Made by a program: the position numbers and the translations under genes | DNA from: Oscillospiraceae bacterium | GTDB lineage: Bacteria > Bacillota > Clostridia > Oscillospirales > Ruminococcaceae | NCBI GenBank assembly: GCA_021769525.1 | Contig: JAETSQ010000003.1 | Coordinates: 36,151 to 100,150 of the forward strand | DNA length: 64,000 bases | Direction of reading: 5' to 3' | Shown here: positions 34,556-43,535 of the stretch, piece after piece | Numbering within the stretch: position 1 is the stretch's first letter | Layout of the letters: every line of letters starts with the position of its first letter | The notes under the pieces: generated by a model | Told to the model about the DNA's origin: nothing | The model's database searches: none | The model's input: the letters and a program-made list of their open reading frames with translations, nothing else

Positions 34556-35752
34556 TCAGACGGGCTGGCTGTGGTGGTGGAGGGAGAGGACGATAAGTTC
34601 CGCCTCCCGGACCGCTTCTTCAAAGAGTTCCGGGGGCAGGGCGGCCTCCTCCTCGATGCGGGCCACCTCGGCGGGCTTCGGCCGGGTGCGGGGGTGGCGG
34701 GGGGTGAAGACGGTGCAGCAGTCCTCGTAGGGGAGGATGGAGGTCTCGAAGGTGTCGATCTTCCGGGCGATGGCCACGATCTCGCTCTTATCCAGGCCGA
34801 TGGCGGGACGCAGCACCGGCAGGCCGGTGACGCAGTCGGTGACGCCGATGGCCTGGATGGTCTGGCTGGCCACCTGGCCCACGCTCTCCCCGGTGATGAG
34901 CCCCTGGCAGTCCTCCCCCAGGGCGATGGTCTCGGCGATGCGCATCATGGCCCGGCGCATCAGCAGGGTGAAGTATTCCTCCGGGCAGCGGTCCCGCAGC
35001 TGCTCCTGGATCCGGGTGAAGGGCACCACAAAGAGGCGGATGCGCCCGGTGTAGGGCAGCAGCTTTTCCCCCAGGGAGATGACCTTCTGGCGGGCCCGTT
35101 CGCTGGTGTAGGGGGGGCTGGCGAAGTGTACGGCGATAAGCTCCAGCCCCCTTTTCGCCATCATGTACCCGGCCACCGGGCTGTCGATGCCGCCGGAAAG
35201 GAGCAGGGCCGCCCGGCCCCCGGTGCCCACCGGGATGCCCCCGGCGCCGGGGAGCTGGTCTTTGTGTATGTAGGCGTCCTTTTCCCGGACCTCCACCGTC
35301 ACCGTCACTTCCGGGTCGTTTACATCCACCCGCAGGTGGGGGAAGCGGGAGAGGAGCAGCCCCCCCAGCTCCCGGCAGATCTCCGGGGACTTCATGGGGA
35401 AGGATTTATCGCTGCGCTTGGCGTTCACCTTAAAGGTCTTGGCCGCCGTAAGGCTGGCGGCAAGATAATCCGGGGCGGCGGCGCAGATGGCCTCCCAGTC
35501 CTTGGGGACCACCAGGGCGGGGCAGAGGGCGGCGATGCCGAATACCGTTTGGAGCCGCTCCACCGCCTCCTCCATCCGGATCCCCTGGGTGAGGGGTTCC
35601 ACGTAGACGGTGGACTGGCTCTTCCAGATGTGGAACTTCCCCAGGTCCTCCAGCCTCCGGCGGGCGTTTTTTATCATGGTATCCTCAAAGGAAGTGCGGT
35701 TGAGGCCCTTGAGGACCAGCTCCCCGCATTTTAAGAGTACGATCTCCTTCAT
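34556..35752 (-). CDS. thiI: tRNA 4-thiouridine synthase
   Basis: GELVLKGLNR, THUMP region, PP-loop LLSGGIDSPVA, GESVGQVASQT, PYEDCC. Confidence 0.95.
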   Translation of the reverse strand: MKEIVLLKCGELVLKGLNRTSFEDTMIKNARRRLEDLGKFHIWKSQSTVYVEPLTQGIRMEEAVERLQTVFGIAALCPALVVPKDWEAICAAAPDYLAASLTAAKTFKVNAKRSDKSFPMKSPEICRELGGLLLSRFPHLRVDVNDPEVTVTVEVREKDAYIHKDQLPGAGGIPVGTGGRAALLLSGGIDSPVAGYMMAKRGLELIAVHFASPPYTSERARQKVISLGEKLLPYTGRIRLFVVPFTRIQEQLRDRCPEEYFTLLMRRAMMRIAETIALGEDCQGLITGESVGQVASQTIQAIGVTDCVTGLPVLRPAIGLDKSEIVAIARKIDTFETSILPYEDCCTVFTPRHPRTRPKPAEVARIEEEAALPPELFEEAVREAELIVLSLHHHSQPV

Positions 35753-35765
35753 GCTCTCTCCTTCT

Positions 35766-36902
35766 TTATCTGACATGGGCCAGTTCCTCGCTCCCTTTTT
35801 GGAGCCACCGGCAAAATTCATCGATCTCATCAAGGGTGTTGTCCCGGCAGAAGCTGGCCCGGATGGCGCTGTCGATCCGCCGGGGCAGAAGGCCCATGGC
35901 GGTGAGGACGTGGCTCTTTGCCCCTTTGGAGCAGGCGGAGCCGCTGGAGACCGAGATACCCTGGCGCTCCAGGTAGTGGATCATCACCTCGGAGCGGATG
36001 CCGGGAACCGAAAAGTTCACTATATAAGGTGCAGCATCCGGGGGGGAATTGATGCACACCCCGGAGATTTTTTCAAGATTTTCTAAGAGGCGGCTCCGCA
36101 GGGCGTGGAAATGAGCCATATTTTCCTCCCGCTTTTCCCACATCTCCCCGGCGGCATAGGCGAAGGCGCAGGCGCCGGGGGTGTTCTCGGTGCCCGGATG
36201 ATGCCCCCCCTCCTGTCCCGCGCCGTAGTACAGGGGCCGCAGGCGGGTGCCCTTCTTGAGCCAGATGGCCCCGATGCCCTTGGGGGCGTGGATCTTGTGG
36301 CCGCTGACGGTGACGGCGTCCACATCCCAGAGGGCGGGCCGCACCAGGAGCTTTCCGAAGCCCTGAACACAGTCGCAGTGGATGAGGATGCGGGGGTTTT
36401 TCCGCCGGGCGGCCTGGGCGATGGAGCGGATGTCGTTGACGGCCCCCGTCTCGCTGTTCACCAGCATGACGGAAAGGAGCACCGTCTTTTCGTCCACCGC
36501 CGCCTCCGCCGCCTGGGGGGTGACGATCCCCTCCGGGGTGGGGGAGAGCAGGACCGTATCGAAGCCTTCCTCCGCCAGGTGCCGCACCGGGGCCAGCACC
36601 GATTCGTGCTCCACGGCAGTGGCGATCACCTTGTTTCCCCTCCGGCGGGCAGCCAAAGCGCCCCCCAGTACGGCCAGGTTGTTCCCCTCGCTGCCGCAGG
36701 AGGTGAAGAACACCTCCTCGCTGCGGACTCCCAGCACCTCCGCCAGTTCCCGGCGGGCGCCGGCAAGGGCCTGCTCCGCCAAAAACCCCCGGTGATGGAG
36801 GGAGGAGGGGTTCCCGTATTCCCCGGTCATCAGTTCCAGGGCCCTGCCGGCCGCCCCAGGGCTGACCCTGGTGGTGGCGCTGTTATCCAGGTAGATCTCC
36901 AA
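35766..36902 (-). CDS. iscS: Cysteine desulfurase (ThiI-associated, IscS/NifZ-like)
   Basis: TTG start. IYLDNSATT, YGNPSSLH, SGHKIHAPKG, SSGSACS. Confidence 0.88.
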   Translation of the reverse strand: MEIYLDNSATTRVSPGAAGRALELMTGEYGNPSSLHHRGFLAEQALAGARRELAEVLGVRSEEVFFTSCGSEGNNLAVLGGALAARRRGNKVIATAVEHESVLAPVRHLAEEGFDTVLLSPTPEGIVTPQAAEAAVDEKTVLLSVMLVNSETGAVNDIRSIAQAARRKNPRILIHCDCVQGFGKLLVRPALWDVDAVTVSGHKIHAPKGIGAIWLKKGTRLRPLYYGAGQEGGHHPGTENTPGACAFAYAAGEMWEKREENMAHFHALRSRLLENLEKISGVCINSPPDAAPYIVNFSVPGIRSEVMIHYLERQGISVSSGSACSKGAKSHVLTAMGLLPRRIDSAIRASFCRDNTLDEIDEFCRWLQKGSEELAHVR

Positions 36903-37180
36903 AGGGGCACCCCTTCCTGCCAGTTTTTTTGAGACGGGTATACAAACAGATACAGTATAGCGCAAACGGGAAAAAAGTTCAATCTTTTCCCGTGAAATTG
37001 GCACAGAAAACAGGGCGTACTTTATAGTAAAACGCTGAAAAAGGGAAAATATTGCATTCCGGAGGAAATTTTTTTCGGACAGGGCTTTCCAAATGCCTCA
37101 TGTTTGGTTAAAATAAATAAGTCGTAATCTCTCCAAGCGATCCCATCCGATCGGTGAACCCATGTTAGGAGGAATTCCCA

Positions 37181-39013
37181 ATGAAGCGTTTCCTTGCCGC
37201 CCTCACCGCCGGGCTGATGCTCCTGGCCGCCTGCTCCGCCCCGGAGCCGGGATCCGCCCCGGAGCCGGAGCTGCCCGGCACCGGCCACACCGCCGAGGGC
37301 GCCCTTACCCTGAACATCCACCTGGGGGGAGAGCCCACCGCCCTGGACCCGGCCTACGCCACCGCCGATGACGGCGGCAGCTATGTCCTGCACCTCTTTG
37401 AGGGCCTCACCGCCCTGGGGCCGGACGGCAAGGCCCAGCCCGCCGCCGCGGAAAGCTGGACCCTGGAGGAGGAGGACGGCCTGCCGGTGTACACCTTCAC
37501 CCTGCGGGAGGGGGCGGAGTGGAGCGACGGGGAACCGGTAAAGGCGGAGGATTTCGTCTACGCCTGGCAGCGGGTGCTGGACTACGAGGACCCCACCCCC
37601 AACGCCTACCTGCTCTACCCCATCCACAACGCCCAGAGGTACCGGGAGGGGGTGCCGGTGCAGGGGGATGACGGCACGTCCTCCTACCAGAACACCCTGG
37701 AGCCGGGGGACCTGGGGCTGGAGGCGGTGGATGAGACCACCCTGAAGGTGACCCTGGAAGGGCCCTGCCCCGACTTCCTGGAGCTGCTGGCCCAGCCCGC
37801 CTTCTGTCCCGTCCGGAAGGACGTGGTGGAGGAGAACCCGGAGAGCTGGAGCCAGTCCGCCGCCACCTGCGTGGGCAACGGCCGCTTCATCCTCCGGGAG
37901 TGGAACCACGACCAGAACCTCACCATGGTCTGGAACGACCAGGAAGGGGAGGAGCCGGGTTCGGTGGTCTTTTTGAACTTTGTCCTCTCGGAGGACGCCC
38001 AGGCCGTCTACAACGACTTTAAGGCCGGGCGGCTCCAGTACGCCAGCGCCATCCCCACCCTGGACCGCCCCGCCGAGGCGGAGGCCGGGACCCTCACCCT
38101 GGAGGACCGGGCGGGGGTGTACTCCTATCTCTTCAACACCACAAAGGCCCCCTTTGACGACGCGCGGGTGCGCCGGGCCATCTCCCTAGCCATCGACCGG
38201 GAGGCCCTGACCGCCGCCGTGGGGGTGGACCTGGTCCCCGCCTACGGCCTGGTGCCGGACGGCATCCCCGATTCCCTCACCGGGGGGGATTTCTCCAAGG
38301 CCCTGCCCCCCCTGAAGCACCGGCCCGCCGGCAACACCGAGGACGCCCAGAAGCTCTTAAAGGAAGCGGGCTACCCCGGCGGGGAAGGATTCCCCCAGCT
38401 GCGCTTCATCACCAATGACAGCCCTGCCCACCTGGCTGCCGCGGAGAACATCCGCCAGCAGCTGGCGGAAAAGCTGGGCATCGATATGGCCATCTCCGCC
38501 CTCTCTACCCAGGATTTTGCCGCCGCCCGCCAGGGGGACGGCTGGGACCTGGCCCGGAGCGGCATGGTGGGGACGCGGATGGACCCCGCCACCTATCTGA
38601 TCGGCTGGGGCACCGATGCCGCCGCCAACTACGGGAAGTTTGCCAGCGAGGATTACGATACCCTGCTGGAGGCCTCTTACGCCGCCCCGGAAGAGCCCCC
38701 GGAGGAGGATGATGAAGAGGAAGAGGAAAAGACGGAGGAAACGGCCCCCGCCGCCGATGACAGCGGGGAAGAGGGGGAGGATCATCCCCTGGTGATCCCG
38801 GATACCCGGATGGAGATCCTCCACTCTATGGAGCTGCTGCTGGTGGCGGAGGAAGCTGCCGTCATCCCCCTGTGGCAGTACCGGGAGCCCACCCTCACCG
38901 CCCAGGGCCTCACCGGGGTGGTAGCCAGCCCCCTGGGCTACCGCCTGTTCCACTGGGCGGACTGGGCCCCGCCGGTAGTGGACCCGGATCCCCAGGAGCA
39001 GCAGGGGGAATAG
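37181..39013 (+). CDS. oppA: Oligopeptide ABC substrate-binding lipoprotein (OppA family), orphan
   Basis: Lipobox LAAC; EPTALDP, LFEGL, WSDGEPVKAEDF, GNGRF, PFDDARVRRAISLAIDR. Confidence 0.85.
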   Translation: MKRFLAALTAGLMLLAACSAPEPGSAPEPELPGTGHTAEGALTLNIHLGGEPTALDPAYATADDGGSYVLHLFEGLTALGPDGKAQPAAAESWTLEEEDGLPVYTFTLREGAEWSDGEPVKAEDFVYAWQRVLDYEDPTPNAYLLYPIHNAQRYREGVPVQGDDGTSSYQNTLEPGDLGLEAVDETTLKVTLEGPCPDFLELLAQPAFCPVRKDVVEENPESWSQSAATCVGNGRFILREWNHDQNLTMVWNDQEGEEPGSVVFLNFVLSEDAQAVYNDFKAGRLQYASAIPTLDRPAEAEAGTLTLEDRAGVYSYLFNTTKAPFDDARVRRAISLAIDREALTAAVGVDLVPAYGLVPDGIPDSLTGGDFSKALPPLKHRPAGNTEDAQKLLKEAGYPGGEGFPQLRFITNDSPAHLAAAENIRQQLAEKLGIDMAISALSTQDFAAARQGDGWDLARSGMVGTRMDPATYLIGWGTDAAANYGKFASEDYDTLLEASYAAPEEPPEEDDEEEEEKTEETAPAADDSGEEGEDHPLVIPDTRMEILHSMELLLVAEEAAVIPLWQYREPTLTAQGLTGVVASPLGYRLFHWADWAPPVVDPDPQEQQGE

Positions 39014-39023
39014 CGGGACAGAA

Positions 39024-39063
39024 AAAACGCGCCGGGGGATCGAAACATCCTCCGGCGCGTTTT
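39024..39063. terminator. Bidirectional intrinsic terminator
   Basis: aaaacgcgccgg...ccggcgcgtttt between convergent genes. Confidence 0.75.
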
Positions 39064-39084
39064 GCGAAGAAAGGGGCCCCCCGG

Positions 39085-40230
39085 TCAGTTGCCAAAGACC
39101 CGGACCGCCTGGGCCATCTTTTCCACCACCGGCACCGCGAAGGGGCAGCGGCCCTCGCAGGCGCGGCAGGCGACACATTGGGAGGCCCTGTGGGGCAGCA
39201 GGCCGTAGTGCTCCCGCACCGTCTCCGGCACCGCCCCCTGGGCCTGGGCCAGGCTGAGGAACTTCATCACCGCTGCCACGTCGATACCCGCCGGGCAAGG
39301 GGCGCAGTGGCCGCAGTACATACAGTGGCCCTCCCAACTGATGCGGGGGAAGGAGGCCAGGGCGGCGGCGTAGTCGGTCTCCTCCTCCGGGGCGTCCCCG
39401 TAGGCCATGGCGCTGCGCACCTCGTCTACGGTCCGAGCCCCCGCCAGCACCGAGGCGACGGCCGGCCGGTCCAGGGCGTAGCGGATGCACTGGTAGGGGG
39501 TGAGGGCCGCCCCCGCCGGGGAGTATTCCGCGTGGAGCAGGTCCCCGCCGCCGAAGGCCTTCATCACCGTGATGCCCACCCCCAGCCGCTGGCAGGTCTC
39601 ATAGAGGCTCTCCCGGAGGGGCTCCATGTTCAGGAGCTGCTTTTGGTAGTTCTTGGGGGCCCACAGCTCCTCCAGGTCCTCCCCGGCGGGCTGGAGGTCG
39701 TAGCAGGGGTTGACGCTGAACATCAGCACATCGATGTCCCCGGTCTTTATGGCCGCCAGCGCCGCCTCCGGGTTGTGGCTGGAAAGGCCGATGGCCCGGA
39801 TGGTCCCGGCGGCCTTCAGCTCCTTGGCGTAGGCCAGCACCCCGTCCTTGCAAACCTCCCAGTCCGCCAGGCTGTCCACATAGTGGATCATCCCCACGTC
39901 CAGGTAGTCGGTGCCCAGCAGGCGCAGCTGCTCCGCAAAGCCCGCCCGGACCTCGTCCATCCGGCGGGTGCGGCGGTACTGCCCCTTGTCCCAGATGGAG
40001 CAGAGGTGCCCCTGGAGGACAAATTTTTCCCGCCGTCCCCGGACGGCCTCCCCTACGGCGGCGCGCATCTCCGGGTTGGAGGCGTAGAGGTCCACGCAGT
40101 TGCCGCCCCCCGCCAGGAGAGCGTCCAGCATCTCCCGGACCGTCTCCCTGGGCTTCTCCAAAAAGCCCTCGCAGCCAATGCCTACCTCGCCCACCCGGAT
40201 GCCGGTGCGGCCCAATTCTCTCGTCCTCAT
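39085..40230 (-). CDS. Aldo/keto reductase with C-terminal 4Fe-4S domain
   Basis: MRTRELGRTG, GLSSHNP, VMKAFGGG; C-terminal CMYCGHCAPCP and CVACRACEGRCP. Confidence 0.9.
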   Translation of the reverse strand: MRTRELGRTGIRVGEVGIGCEGFLEKPRETVREMLDALLAGGGNCVDLYASNPEMRAAVGEAVRGRREKFVLQGHLCSIWDKGQYRRTRRMDEVRAGFAEQLRLLGTDYLDVGMIHYVDSLADWEVCKDGVLAYAKELKAAGTIRAIGLSSHNPEAALAAIKTGDIDVLMFSVNPCYDLQPAGEDLEELWAPKNYQKQLLNMEPLRESLYETCQRLGVGITVMKAFGGGDLLHAEYSPAGAALTPYQCIRYALDRPAVASVLAGARTVDEVRSAMAYGDAPEEETDYAAALASFPRISWEGHCMYCGHCAPCPAGIDVAAVMKFLSLAQAQGAVPETVREHYGLLPHRASQCVACRACEGRCPFAVPVVEKMAQAVRVFGN

Positions 40231-40266
40231 GATGTGATCGTCTCCTTTCCGGTCGTTCTGATCACC

Positions 40267-40297
40267 AGTATACAGCATGGAGTGGACTCCAAGTCAA
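40267..40297 (-). promoter_or_regulatory. MerR-type promoter/operator of the aldo/keto reductase
   Basis: TTGACT, 19 bp, TATACT, with dyad TGGAGT-cc-ACTCCA in the spacer. Confidence 0.75.
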
Positions 40298-40410
40298 GAG
40301 GGAACGCCGTATGACGGCCGGGTGACAGAAAAAAGTCACCCCCGCCGGGGAGGCGAACGGCGTTAGTGCAGTAGAAAAGCAAATTCCAGAAACGAGGCCC
40401 AGTGCTTAAA

Positions 40411-40560
40411 ACTCCCTCCGTCAGCCTACGGCTGATCCCTCCCTACGGTCGGGAACGTGGGCTACGCCCAAAGCCTCCCTCGGCGAGGGAGGCTTTGGGG
40501 AACCCCTCCGTCTCGCTTCGCTCGACACCTCCCCTTTCAGGGGAGGCTCTGGCGGTTTCC
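40411..40560. repeat. REP-like modular palindrome cluster
   Basis: Units a(a/c)cccctccgtc..., gcctccctc-ggc-gagggaggc and cctcccct-ttc-aggggagg. Related to 246-293 and 17006-17043. Confidence 0.7.
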
Positions 40561-40607
40561 GCCAGCGTTCTGTTAGCCCGGCGGCCCTTTGTTTTCCACT
40601 CTGTATC

Positions 40608-40690
40608 AAGGACTTTGGTCGCTTTTCTTTTTGCTTCTTTTTCTTTTCCCGTGAAAAGAAAAAGAAGTGGGGGCTGGGGCAACGCCCCAG
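40608..40690 (-). repeat. Bipartite hairpin repeat, copy 3
   Basis: Reverse complement differs from copy 1 at 3 positions; perfect 15-bp stem with ACGG loop. Confidence 0.85.
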
Positions 40691-40708
40691 ATTGGCAAAG
40701 ATACCCCC

Positions 40709-40739
40709 TTGACCTGGAGGCGGGTCCAGGTGGTATGAT
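40709..40739 (+). promoter_or_regulatory. MerR-type promoter/operator upstream of the amidase-dac operon
   Basis: TTGACC, 19 bp, TATGAT, with dyad ACCTGGA-N6-TCCAGGT. Confidence 0.6.
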
Positions 40740-40778
40740 AGGGCTGTAGCCCATTTCTTCTCTGGGAGGTGCCCGTTT

Positions 40779-42092
40779 ATGCCGTATCCGATTCAAAGGG
40801 CCGCCGCTCTGCTGGCGGCTGCCGCGCTGCTGCTCTCCGCCAGCGGGACAGGCTCCCCGCCCGCCCCTTCTCCCGCTCCCGCGCCGGAGACCTCCATCGC
40901 GGAGCCGGCCCCCGCCCCGGACCAGCCTGCTCCGGAGGACCGGTCCGCGCCGGAAGAGGCCCCTGCCCCGGAGGCTCTGGGCATCGGGACCGCCGTCTTT
41001 CTGGATCCGGGGGAGCTGACCCCCGGCCAGCAGGAGCTCATCCTGGCCCTGGTGACCCGCCTGTACGGTTCCCTGGCGGTGCTGGAGGTGCAGGACCCGG
41101 AGGACCTCTTCGCCCCGGAGGCCGAGGGACAGCTGTGGGGGAACAAGGCGGTGTGGGCCTACAGCTGCGGGGTGCGCCTGATGCAGCCCGCCGACCTTTC
41201 CCTCACCGGCTGGAGGGCCGAGCTGACCTTTCAGGAGATGGAGGAGGAAGAGGACGGCAGCATCCACGTCCAGGTCACCGAGGACAGCGTCCAGAACTTC
41301 CGGGCCGCGCCGGGGGTGGATTCCCGGCAGCTGGGGGTGCGCCGCCACTTTTACCTGCGTCCGGCGGAGGGGGAGGACCGGTGGCTCCTCACCGCCCACA
41401 GCCAGCGGGATACCCTGTACTGGATGGTGATGGGCCGGTACGCCTGGGGCTCCTCCGGCTATGGCAGCGGGGCGCCGGGGCACTACTACGGTGTGCTGGA
41501 TCGGCTGCTGAATACCGCCTGGGAGGACACCCAGGCCCGCCTCACCCAGGGGGAGGGACGGGAGGCCGCCGCCCGGAACCCCTACGACCGGCAGGGGGCG
41601 GTGGACTACGCCCGCCGGTGGGTGGGGACCCGCAGCGGGGACTGGCCGGACTACAGCCGCAACGGCGGCAACTGCCAGAACTTTGTCTCCCAGTGCCTGC
41701 TGGCCGGCGGGGTCCCCATGGATACCCAGGGCCCCGCTGTCTGGAAGTGGTACGGCGGCACCCCGGATAACCTCCCCCGGATGACCGGGCGCTCCGCTTC
41801 CTGGTCCTCGGTGCGGGACTTCCTGGACTATGCCCAGGAAAACAGCGGCTGCGGCCTGGCCGCCTCGGTGGATGTTCCCTATTACTCCGGCTCGCCGGGG
41901 GATGTCATCCACCTGGGCACCGGCGACCGGTGGCGGCACACGGTGCTCATCTCCCAGGTGCTGGCCGGTGAGGACGGGGAGCCTGTGGACTACCTGATCT
42001 GCTCCAACACCGCCGATCTGCTGGATTTCCCGGTGGGGGCCTACTGCTACACCCGGCAGATGCTCATCCGCATCGACGGCTGGAACCCGTAA
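40779..42092 (+). CDS. Secreted protein with C-terminal putative amidase (Amidase_6-like) domain
   Basis: Signal-like N-terminus, P/A/E linker, YDRQGAVDYARRW, GGNCQNFVSQCLLAGG, WRHTVLI, CSNTAD. Confidence 0.82.
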   Translation: MPYPIQRAAALLAAAALLLSASGTGSPPAPSPAPAPETSIAEPAPAPDQPAPEDRSAPEEAPAPEALGIGTAVFLDPGELTPGQQELILALVTRLYGSLAVLEVQDPEDLFAPEAEGQLWGNKAVWAYSCGVRLMQPADLSLTGWRAELTFQEMEEEEDGSIHVQVTEDSVQNFRAAPGVDSRQLGVRRHFYLRPAEGEDRWLLTAHSQRDTLYWMVMGRYAWGSSGYGSGAPGHYYGVLDRLLNTAWEDTQARLTQGEGREAAARNPYDRQGAVDYARRWVGTRSGDWPDYSRNGGNCQNFVSQCLLAGGVPMDTQGPAVWKWYGGTPDNLPRMTGRSASWSSVRDFLDYAQENSGCGLAASVDVPYYSGSPGDVIHLGTGDRWRHTVLISQVLAGEDGEPVDYLICSNTADLLDFPVGAYCYTRQMLIRIDGWNP

Positions 42093-42140
42093 CGAATGGG
42101 GGCCTGCCCCGAAAGATCTTTTGGAAAGGAGGCGAAGGGC

Positions 42141-43520
42141 TTGCGCCAAAAAAAGAGATGGACCGCCCTGCTGCTGGCGCTGGTCCTCTGCGTCCTCTCC
42201 GGAGGAAGGACCGCCTGGGCCGTCCAGGAGCCGGTGGTCCGGGCCGAGGCGGCGGTCCTCATCAGCGCGGACACCGGGCAGGTGCTCTTTGAGAAGAACG
42301 CCCGCCGGCGGATGGAGCCCGCCAGCCTCACCAAGATCATGACCTGCCTTTTGGCCATGGAGAGGGCGGCGCCGGAGGAACCGGTGACCGTCACCGCCGA
42401 GGCCCTGCGGATGATGGAGGACGCCACCGCCATCGGCCTGCTGGAGGGGGAGACGCTGACCATGGCCCAGCTGCTGTACGCCACCATGCTCCCCTCCGCC
42501 AACGACGCGGCGGCGGCCATCGGCATCCACCTGGAGGGTTCCACCGCCGCCTTTGCGGAGGCCATGAACCGCCGGGCCCAGGAGCTGGGGCTCACCGGCA
42601 CCCACTTTTCCAACGCCCACGGCCTCCCCGCGGCGGACCACTACTCCACCGCCTGGGACCTGGCCCAGATCACCCGCGAGGCCCTCGGTCACCCGGAGTT
42701 TTTGTCCTATGCCGGCCGCCCCGGCTACACCATCCCCGCCTCCCCCACCAACCGGGCCTACAGCTTTAGCCACCTGAACCACGCCCTGACCCTGGGCAGC
42801 GGCTCCTTTGACCGCCGGGCCATCGCCGGCAAGACCGGCTGGACCCGCTCCGCCGGCAGCTGCCTGATGACGGTGGCGGAGCAGGACGGGGTCCGGCTCA
42901 TCGCGGTGATACTCAAGGAGGACAGCCAGGCCAGCGGGGCGAATATCTACCAGGATACCAAGGCGCTGTTCGATTACGGCTTTTCCGCCTTCCGGCCGGT
43001 GACCATCCCCCTGGCAGGGAGGGACCTGCCGGTTTTCCTGGGGGAGGACAGCCGGGAATACAGCCTCACCCTCCCCGGCGGGACCTGGCAGGTGCTGCTG
43101 CCCGGCTCCCTGGCGGCGGAGGACCTGGCCCTGGAGGTCGACCTCCCGGCGGCGGGGGGTGCCCAGGTGGGGCTCTGGGGGGATGTCCTCGTCCTGGACC
43201 GGGCCGGCGGCAGGACGCTCCTGAAGGCGGGGCGGGTGCCCCTCACCGGGCAGCTCCTGGCCCCGGAGCCGCTGGGCCCTTCGGCGGCGGCGCTGGAGGT
43301 GGTGCGGGACGGGGAAAGGGACCGGGGGGACATCCCCCTGGCCATGGGGGGCTCGCTGCTGCTGGTGCTGCTGCTGGCCGCCGCCAACCGGGAGAACCGG
43401 CGGATCGAGCCTCCCGCCGGCCCCTTTTCCCAGTGGGAGAAGGCGCAGGAGGAGCCGCGGGAGCCACAGACCCCAAGGGAAGAGGCGGAGCTCCGCCGTC
43501 CGATCCGGCAGAAGAGATGA
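42141..43520 (+). CDS. D-alanyl-D-alanine carboxypeptidase (peptidase S11)
   Basis: TTG after SD aggagg. SxxK (ASLTK), SxN (SAN), KTG (GKTGWT); C-terminal TM. Confidence 0.9.
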   Translation: MRQKKRWTALLLALVLCVLSGGRTAWAVQEPVVRAEAAVLISADTGQVLFEKNARRRMEPASLTKIMTCLLAMERAAPEEPVTVTAEALRMMEDATAIGLLEGETLTMAQLLYATMLPSANDAAAAIGIHLEGSTAAFAEAMNRRAQELGLTGTHFSNAHGLPAADHYSTAWDLAQITREALGHPEFLSYAGRPGYTIPASPTNRAYSFSHLNHALTLGSGSFDRRAIAGKTGWTRSAGSCLMTVAEQDGVRLIAVILKEDSQASGANIYQDTKALFDYGFSAFRPVTIPLAGRDLPVFLGEDSREYSLTLPGGTWQVLLPGSLAAEDLALEVDLPAAGGAQVGLWGDVLVLDRAGGRTLLKAGRVPLTGQLLAPEPLGPSAAALEVVRDGERDRGDIPLAMGGSLLLVLLLAAANRENRRIEPPAGPFSQWEKAQEEPREPQTPREEAELRRPIRQKR

Positions 43521-43535
43521 GGGAGGGAAGGGGAA

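Noticed and set aside
34556-36902. thiI plus cysteine desulfurase as a novel sulfur system
   Set aside because: This is the standard Firmicutes 4-thiouridine pair.
37045-37090. CodY box upstream of oppA
   Set aside because: Only a partial match to AATTTTCWGAAAATT within an AT-rich stretch.
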